This document shows positions 1-5,784 of a DNA stretch of 64,000 nt, in pieces. Each line of letters opens with the position of its first letter. Positions within the stretch are counted from its first letter, which is position 1. Source of the DNA: Alphaproteobacteria bacterium (GTDB lineage Bacteria; Pseudomonadota; Alphaproteobacteria; Rs-D84); the NCBI GenBank assembly GCA_017618175.1, contig JAFZUT010000023.1, positions 10,996 through 74,995 of the forward strand, written 5' to 3'. Under the pieces are notes generated by a model. It saw only the letters and a list, made by a program, of their open reading frames with translations, had not been told where the DNA came from and searched no databases. The position numbers were made by a program, and so were the translations under genes.

Positions 1-1095
1 ATATATGGTGAATTTGCGCGTGACCGTGATATTACACCGGATGAAATAATTAAACATCTTGATAATGGCGCGGTGCCGACAATTCGCCTGTATTCAGGCG
101 GTGACCCTGAAAAAAGAATATTCTGTAAAGACGCGGTTCGTGGTTCAATTGGGTTCCCGGAAAATAACGAAGATATAGTATTGATAAAGTCAAATGATGG
201 TTTGCCAACGTACCATTTTGCGCACCTGTGTGATGACCACTTTATGCGGACGACACACGCTATTCGTGGCGAAGAATGGTTACCTTCATTGCCGTTGCAT
301 ACTCAATTGTTCCGTATGATGGGATGGCAACCGCCGATGTATATTCATACATCAACCATTGATAAAATTGATGACGAAACGGGCAAGCAACGCAAACTGT
401 CGAAACGTAAAGACCCGGAAAGTAATGTCGCGTTCTTTTTGCGCGATGGTTGGCCAACGGGTGCGGTTTTGGAATACCTTGGGAATATCGCCGCATCTGG
501 TTATGAAGAATCAAAGATGAAAGGTGCGGTTAAAAACTTTGATGAATATGAAATGCGGACAAAGAAAATTCCTATGTCGGGCGCGCTGTTTGATATGAAG
601 AAATTGGAATGGTGGTCACGCGAATATATTGGGGCGATGCCGGTTGCGGATTTGGTTGCAGCGGTGACCGATTGGGCAAATGAATACGGCGATGATAAAC
701 AAAAGATGCAGGTTCGTGACACAGATTATTTGACCGGTGTGTTATCCATCGAACGCGACAATCCGCGGCGTATACGCAAAGATTTTATTACTTGGAAACA
801 GACACTGGAAATCGAAGAATTTTTCTGGGATGAATTGTTTGTGCCGAACAAAGAGTATGAATATAACCGCGATGCGTTGAACGCGTTTTTATCAAATTTT
901 GATATCGCCGATGACAAAGATACTTGGTGGAATAAAATTGTTGAAATTGCGAATCGATTCGGTGTTAAAAATGGCGATGTTGCGATGAATCTGCGCGTGG
1001 CGGTTGCGGGCCGTACAAACACACCGGACCTGTATTCAATAATGCAAGTGATGGGTGGTACAAGAGTGATTAAAAGGATAAAGGCATTATTATGA
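1..1095 (+). CDS. gltX: Glutamyl-tRNA synthetase, 3' part (gene begins upstream of the window)
   Basis: Frame 1 is open from base 1 (YGEFARDRDITPDE...). Class I aaRS core PTYHFAHLCDDHFMRTTHAIRGEEW and a KLSKR (KMSKS-type) loop. Stop overlaps the next start (ATGA). Confidence 0.85.
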   Translation: MYGEFARDRDITPDEIIKHLDNGAVPTIRLYSGGDPEKRIFCKDAVRGSIGFPENNEDIVLIKSNDGLPTYHFAHLCDDHFMRTTHAIRGEEWLPSLPLHTQLFRMMGWQPPMYIHTSTIDKIDDETGKQRKLSKRKDPESNVAFFLRDGWPTGAVLEYLGNIAASGYEESKMKGAVKNFDEYEMRTKKIPMSGALFDMKKLEWWSREYIGAMPVADLVAAVTDWANEYGDDKQKMQVRDTDYLTGVLSIERDNPRRIRKDFITWKQTLEIEEFFWDELFVPNKEYEYNRDALNAFLSNFDIADDKDTWWNKIVEIANRFGVKNGDVAMNLRVAVAGRTNTPDLYSIMQVMGGTRVIKRIKALL

Positions 1096-1844
1096 CCAAA
1101 AATCGTAAACTGGTTAGAACAAAATTAAAACGGGTTCGGGGTGACCGGCATGCATCACGTTTGCTGCGGGTGTTGCGGGCAACGGGGCTGTTCCGGTGGG
1201 AACGGCGGTCAACGCGTGCCGAAGAGGTTTTGAACATTTTAACCCATGGAATTGGTATAGGTTTGGCTATCGCGGGTTTAACATTGTTGGTTGTGTTCGC
1301 GGCGATTTATGGAAATGCGTGGTCGGTTGTGTCCTGTGCGATTTTTGGGGTGACAATGTTCACGCTGTATTTTGGTTCAACAATGTGCCACATCACAATT
1401 GGTCGTAAAAGTGAATGTTTCTTTGAAGTGTGGGACAGTGTCGCCATCTATGCATTGATTGCCGGAACATACACGCCGTTTTTGTTGGTGAATCTGCGTG
1501 GTGGATTGGGGTGGAGTATTTTTGGTGTTCTGTGGGCGATTGTGATTTTCGGTGCGATTATGAAAATTCTTAACCCGCATCAACAGCCACGTTGGATGGT
1601 TGCGCTGTATTTAGTTATGGGTTGGACATTATTATTTATATTGCCGGCGATGATTAAACATATTCCGGCGCGGGGGTTGTGGTTTATATTGGCGGGTGGA
1701 TTGTCATATACTTTCGGGGTTATATTCTATCTGTGGCGGCGGTTAAAGTTTTCACATGCAATTTGGCATTTGTTTGTGATTGGTGGAACCGTGTGCTTTT
1801 TCTTTGCGGTTCTGTACGGTGCGATTTTGGACATAGCGGCTTAA
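1092..1844 (+). CDS. Hemolysin III / PAQR-family 7-TM membrane protein
   Basis: 250 aa with multiple hydrophobic segments. Family-like motifs LNILTHGIG, YFGSTMCH, YALIAGTYTPF, HAIWHLFVIGG. Confidence 0.8.
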   Translation: MTKNRKLVRTKLKRVRGDRHASRLLRVLRATGLFRWERRSTRAEEVLNILTHGIGIGLAIAGLTLLVVFAAIYGNAWSVVSCAIFGVTMFTLYFGSTMCHITIGRKSECFFEVWDSVAIYALIAGTYTPFLLVNLRGGLGWSIFGVLWAIVIFGAIMKILNPHQQPRWMVALYLVMGWTLLFILPAMIKHIPARGLWFILAGGLSYTFGVIFYLWRRLKFSHAIWHLFVIGGTVCFFFAVLYGAILDIAA

Positions 1845-1869
1845 TGAACTGTTGTTTTAGTAATTGGTT

Positions 1870-2020
1870 AAACCGGCGGAAATCCGCCGATTTTTTGTAT
1901 TCAAACTGGTCAAAAAAGGTACCTTTTTGTCCACCACTTTTTTTAGAAAGTGTGATTCAGTAAAATCAATGACTTACGAAATCTTGCGGGGTGGTCAAAA
2001 AAAGGTACCTTTTTGTTACC
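1870..2020. repeat. Conserved ~150-bp intergenic element, copy 1 (terminator hairpin plus two AAAAAGGTACCTTTTT palindromes 86 bp apart)
   Basis: Aligns with 53167-53318 with about ten mismatches/indels. 16-bp perfect palindromes at 1913-1928 and 1999-2014. Lies directly 5' of a paralogous secreted-protein gene in both copies. Confidence 0.85.
1874..1896 (+). terminator. Intrinsic terminator after the hemolysin-III gene (forms the 5' end of the conserved element)
   Basis: CGGCGG-aaat-CCGCCG hairpin followed by a T6 run. Confidence 0.7.
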
Positions 2021-2049
2021 ATATATACCAGGTAAAAAGAGGGGAAAAT

Positions 2050-2613
2050 ATGAGTAAAAAATTATTATTCGGGCTAATTGCATCTGTTTTATCAATCAAC
2101 GCATACGCAACATCATCCACCGTCACATCACGGGATTATGTTGATAATGTCGTTGCCACCAAACAGGCAAAAATTCCGGCGCAATCGGGCGACTATGTCG
2201 TAATGTATCCAAACAGTGAAAATGACGAAGACGACGGTGAAATCGGCATGCGTGCGATAATAACCGATGTTGGTGATTATGACGAAGGTACCGAATTGGT
2301 GACGGTTGGTGCGATAAATTCCGCCCTGCAAGATAGACAGAATCAAATTTCTGCGGGTACCAGTGGCAATTTGGTGACATATACCGGGACGGCGGGTTCG
2401 GTTGGTTCGGCATCGGTATATAACGGTTCAAATGCATACAGTGGTCAAACAACATCCCTGGTCCAGGCGCAACATGTTAACGCGGCGGCGGCGAATGCAT
2501 TTAATGCACATATAACGTGCAATACATACGCAACACCCAATGACCCAACCAGTGAATGCGTGTTGTGGAATGTAAATAACCTGTCGGGGACATATGTACC
2601 GCAAAACCAATAA
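2050..2613 (+). CDS. Secreted fibre-like protein, paralog A (signal peptide, TVTSRDYVD N-terminus, VTYxxxAG repeats, C-x11-C-VLW motif)
   Basis: ATG 2050 is preceded by AGAGGGG. 187 aa with an AYA/T signal-peptidase site. N- and C-terminal motifs are shared with 2752-3765 and 53358-53867. The ORF-track start at 1864 runs through the conserved non-coding element and is not used. Confidence 0.75.
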   Translation: MSKKLLFGLIASVLSINAYATSSTVTSRDYVDNVVATKQAKIPAQSGDYVVMYPNSENDEDDGEIGMRAIITDVGDYDEGTELVTVGAINSALQDRQNQISAGTSGNLVTYTGTAGSVGSASVYNGSNAYSGQTTSLVQAQHVNAAAANAFNAHITCNTYATPNDPTSECVLWNVNNLSGTYVPQNQ

Positions 2614-2614
2614 C

Positions 2615-2728
2615 CGTCATCCCGCCGAAGGGCGGGACCCCGTCGGCTCAAGATGCGTCCCCGTTACCCCGCGGACGCGCGGGGCCCATCAACCGAAGCC
2701 TTGGCGAAGGTTGACTGCGTCGCAGACA
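2615..2728. repeat. GC-rich multi-hairpin intergenic element (related to 7525-7598 and 55904-56019)
   Basis: Starts CGTCATCCCGCCGAAGGGCGGGAC, compared with CGTCATCCCGGCGTAGGCCGGGAT in the other copies. Further hairpins: CCCCGCG-gacg-CGCGGGG and CAACCGAAGCC-ttggc-GAAGGTTG. Confidence 0.6.
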
Positions 2729-2751
2729 GTAAATAAAAAAAGGAACACACA

Positions 2752-3765
2752 ATGAACAAGAGATTTTTATTTTGTATATTGGGAATGATTTTAACATTGC
2801 CGGCATATGCGGACCCGGTCACAGTGACCAGTCGTGATTACGTAGATACCACGGTTGGTGCCCGTCAAAACAAGATTGCGGCCGGTACGGGCGACCGTGT
2901 TGTGACATATTCGACAACGGCGGGCCAAATCGGTTCGCGTGCGATATTGGATGATTTAACCGGCACAACAACGACGGATACAAACCTGACCACCGCCGAG
3001 GTAGCCGAGAACGCAATATACAGTAAAAATCAAGAGGTGTTAAATATTGGTGCACCAAATGTTTTGACATACAGCGGTAATGCCGGCACATTGACATCGA
3101 CCCCGATATATGATTCAACGTTGAACACGTTTTCCAATGGGTTGGTTGATGCGGGAACGTTAAATACCGCAATGACAACGGCGGCGAACGATGAAATGAC
3201 ATGCGCCGAATATGCAACACCGGGTGATGCGACCACGGAATGTATATTATGGGAAATAAATACATCCGCCACGGCGCCATTGACCACAACGGCGTATTTA
3301 CCGGCAAATATCGCTGGAACATCGTATTGTTATAAATCGCATGACGCCAGGTATAATGGTCGTAATCAATGTTCTACGACAATGTATAATGCGTTTAACG
3401 CGGGCGAATGGGGCACGGTATTCCCGTATGGCGAGGTCAGTGGTATAAGTGTATGCAGTAATATCGAACCATCAATAAAATATGAATATGATTGGGGCAA
3501 TTCTTATCCATACCAGGTATCAACGAATCAAAGCGGTGTGCAATCACAATACGATGCGTGGGTCAGTGGCGGTCGCCCAACAACACCCGTTGGCGGGTAT
3601 TGTTATTGCAAACTGACCAATCCATCTGTTGCGGGTGCGCGTTGGGTGTTCCGGTACTCGCGCTCCGTTTCGGTCTGTGCGTCCTACTGTGCGATCAACT
3701 GCGCGTTCAACGTCCAGGCCTACGCCGACTTCCGTGGGGCCGTCTTCGGGGGTGTCGCGCAATGA
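2752..3765 (+). CDS. DGR target protein: secreted fibre-like protein (paralog B) with a C-terminal variable region
   Basis: 337 aa with signal peptide ...LPAYA/DP. TVTSRDYVD, VTYSxxAG repeats and a C-x11-C-ILW motif are shared with paralog A. An extra ~140-aa C-terminal domain has VR as its last 44 codons. Confidence 0.9.
   Translation: MNKRFLFCILGMILTLPAYADPVTVTSRDYVDTTVGARQNKIAAGTGDRVVTYSTTAGQIGSRAILDDLTGTTTTDTNLTTAEVAENAIYSKNQEVLNIGAPNVLTYSGNAGTLTSTPIYDSTLNTFSNGLVDAGTLNTAMTTAANDEMTCAEYATPGDATTECILWEINTSATAPLTTTAYLPANIAGTSYCYKSHDARYNGRNQCSTTMYNAFNAGEWGTVFPYGEVSGISVCSNIEPSIKYEYDWGNSYPYQVSTNQSGVQSQYDAWVSGGRPTTPVGGYCYCKLTNPSVAGARWVFRYSRSVSVCASYCAINCAFNVQAYADFRGAVFGGVAQ
3627..3758 (+). repeat. 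DGR variable repeat (VR)
   Basis: Matches TR at a constant offset of +326 with no indels. 117/132 positions are identical, and all 15 differences lie opposite TR adenines. Confidence 0.95.
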
Positions 3766-3792
3766 TGTTATCGCAGACCGTAAACCTTTTCC

Positions 3793-3830
3793 GCATATCA
3801 CGCACCGGAGAATCCGGTGACGTGATATGC
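3793..3830 (+). promoter_or_regulatory. Strong hairpin/cruciform ~35 bp downstream of VR (candidate DGR target-recognition structure)
   Basis: GCATATCACGCACCGGA-gaa-TCCGGTG(a)CGTGATATGC: 17-bp stem with one bulged A and a 3-nt loop. Flanked by the direct repeat CCGTAAACC (3778-3786 and 3830-3838). Confidence 0.6.
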
Positions 3831-3952
3831 CGTAAACCGTCACCGTGTGTGCGCGCGCAATGTGCGCGCATGCACGGTGTCATAAAAAATTCCCAATACG
3901 GGAATAGGCTGTATCGCCGTATCCAGTTGGTGGCCCTTTGGGTGGCCTGTTT

Positions 3953-4084
3953 TGTTGCGGGTGCGCGTTGGGTGTTCCAGAACTCGAACTCCGTTTCGAA
4001 CTGTGCGAACAACTGTGCGAACAACTGCGCGAACAACGTCCAGAACAACGCCGACTTCCGTGGGGCCGTCTTCGGGGGTGTCGC
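3953..4084 (+). repeat. DGR template repeat (TR), non-coding template for mutagenic retrohoming
   Basis: 25 adenines, comprising 11 AAC codons, 2 CAG and 1 GAC in the VR frame. 15 are substituted in VR. Contains three tandem 12-bp units TG(T/C)GCGAACAAC at 4002-4037. Confidence 0.95.
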
Positions 4085-4296
4085 TCCTTGGGATTGTGAA
4101 TACAGGGAAAACCTTTTGCCAACCTGCGGGACAGTGCCATGGCACTTTTATGCCTTTGGATAAACATCATCAAGGCGGGGGGGTATAGCCTGAGCCCCGG
4201 TTGTATGACCGGTGTGCCAAATACAAAACGTAGGGGATGTTTGGGCCAGTAGTTTGTTCTGTATCGTGACGAACGCCCGGAACATCCAATAAAAAA

Positions 4297-4629
4297 ATGA
4301 CTTTGGATGAAATAGAAAAATTTAGTAAGACCGAATGCCCGCGATTTTCGCAATTTGCCCGGGAACAGTTGCCTATGCCCGGTGTAAAAAAATACCTGAA
4401 TGATATCTTGAATCGCGAAATATTCGTCACAGATTTCAAAATTACAAAATCTAAACGCAAAGAGGGAACAGAATGTATGCAATTCCAATTTAAGTTGGAT
4501 AATCAGGTATGTGTCGCATTTACCGGCAGTGCCGTTTTGATGGACCAGATGCAATCTGCACGTGAAAATGACAAAATTCCCTTTGTGGGAACAATAGTCA
4601 AAATAGATAAATATTATTCTTTTTCTTGA
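4297..4629 (+). CDS. DGR accessory protein candidate, 110 aa, not recognisable as Avd
   Basis: ATG 4297. Stop lies 4 nt before the RT start, suggesting translational coupling. The sequence alternates hydrophobic and polar residues (strand-like, e.g. FVTDFKITKSKRKEGTECMQFQFKLDNQVCVAFTG), is near-neutral, and I recognise no four-helix-bundle Avd pattern. Confidence 0.6.
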   Translation: MTLDEIEKFSKTECPRFSQFAREQLPMPGVKKYLNDILNREIFVTDFKITKSKRKEGTECMQFQFKLDNQVCVAFTGSAVLMDQMQSARENDKIPFVGTIVKIDKYYSFS

Positions 4630-4633
4630 ATCA

Positions 4634-5635
4634 ATGAAAACATATAAAAATCTGTGGGATAAATTTATATCCGTTGAAAATTTCGAACTGGCCGCGCGTC
4701 GCGCCGTTAAAAGTAAAAAATCAAAAAAATCTGTGCAATATTTCTTGGAACACAAAGATGAACTGATTCAAAAACTGCGAACCAGTTTAATTAACGGAAC
4801 ATTCAAAACATCACAATATAAAATATTTACAATATATGAACCCAAAAAACGCGAAATATATAAATTGCCACTGTATCCCGACCATGTCCTGCATCATGCA
4901 TTGATAAATATCCTGGGGCCGATTTGGCAGAAAATGTTTATTCATGATTCATACGCATGTATCCCCGGGCGTGGATTACACGCCGCATCGCGCCGGACCA
5001 TGGATTTTGTGCGCAGAAATAAATATGTGTTGCAATGTGATATTCGTAAATTCTATCCAAGTATAAATCATAAAAAAATGATTGGGATTATCGCGCGTAA
5101 AATTCATGATAGGCGAATATTAAAAATACTGAAAGAAATCGTTTTTTCGGTCGGTGGCGAAACAAATTTGCCCATTGGAAATTTGACCAGTCAATGGTTG
5201 GGAAATGTGTACTTGAACGAACTGGATTATTTTGTAAAGCATATATTACATTGGCGTGACTATATACGGTATTGTGATGATTTTTGCCTGTATGGAAATA
5301 ACAAACATCAATTAAAATATATGTTAAGTAATGTAAAACGGTTTATAGAAATAAATTTGTTCATGTCTTTTTCACGAACAATTGTTCGTGAAACAAAAAA
5401 TGGAGTAGATTTTATTGGTTATCGACATTTTAGAAAATTTGTGTTGTTGCGGAAAAAATCGGCACTAAAAATAAAACGCAGAATATCAAATATAATCAAG
5501 TATCATGATTGGTCTGGACATTGTGTCGGGCAAATTGCCGCCGCATATGGATGGTTGAAATGGGCATGTACATACAACCTTAGAAATAAAATTTGTCAAG
5601 AAAAATGTGGACTTTTTGATTTAATGATAATATAA
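4634..5635 (+). CDS. DGR reverse transcriptase
   Basis: 333 aa with RT motifs: PLYPDHVLHHAL, LQCDIRKFYPSI, the DGR-typical IGNLTSQWLGNVYLNELD, catalytic YCDDF, and FIGYRHF. Confidence 0.92.
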   Translation: MKTYKNLWDKFISVENFELAARRAVKSKKSKKSVQYFLEHKDELIQKLRTSLINGTFKTSQYKIFTIYEPKKREIYKLPLYPDHVLHHALINILGPIWQKMFIHDSYACIPGRGLHAASRRTMDFVRRNKYVLQCDIRKFYPSINHKKMIGIIARKIHDRRILKILKEIVFSVGGETNLPIGNLTSQWLGNVYLNELDYFVKHILHWRDYIRYCDDFCLYGNNKHQLKYMLSNVKRFIEINLFMSFSRTIVRETKNGVDFIGYRHFRKFVLLRKKSALKIKRRISNIIKYHDWSGHCVGQIAAAYGWLKWACTYNLRNKICQEKCGLFDLMII

Positions 5636-5784
5636 TAGACACTATGAAACAGTTTTTGTTTATTTTCACAACATTCACAACTACAACCCCCGCGGGGGTA
5701 CGGTAATTTCTATTTGCGTTTTTTATGGCGCGCAGTATAATCAAACAGTTCAAAAAATAACAAAAGTAATTTAAGGGTTTTATT

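Larger units (their letters stand above)
2752..5635 (+). mobile_element. Diversity-generating retroelement (DGR) cassette: target gene with VR, then TR, accessory ORF and reverse transcriptase
   Basis: 132-bp VR/TR pair with adenine-only mismatches. RT carries the IGNLTSQ and YCDD motifs. All parts are co-oriented within 2.9 kb. Confidence 0.92.

Noticed and set aside
1864-2049. Conserved peptide KGTFLSTTFFRK(C/Y)DSVKSMTYEI(L/S)RGGQKKVPFC encoded in both copies of the ~150-bp element (also 53192-53377)
   Set aside because: No conserved start codon or RBS is present. The few differences between the copies are non-synonymous. The frame relationship to the downstream gene differs between copies, in-frame at copy 1 and out of frame at copy 2. 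I treat the conservation as nucleotide-level, although a micro-ORF cannot be fully excluded.
3492-4188. Plus-strand ORFs (3492-4163, 3629-3820, 3952-4188) that appear to translate the TR or the VR in other frames
   Set aside because: TR is a non-coding copy of the 3' end of the target gene. These ORFs are out-of-frame or read-through artefacts of the duplicated GC-rich sequence and overlap the well-supported target CDS.
3880-4755. 291-aa minus-strand ORF spanning TR, the accessory ORF and the RT start
   Set aside because: It is antisense to the co-oriented DGR components. It has low-complexity, Arg/Ser/Cys-rich stretches generated by the complement of the AAC-rich TR, and no RBS. It is best explained as a shadow ORF.
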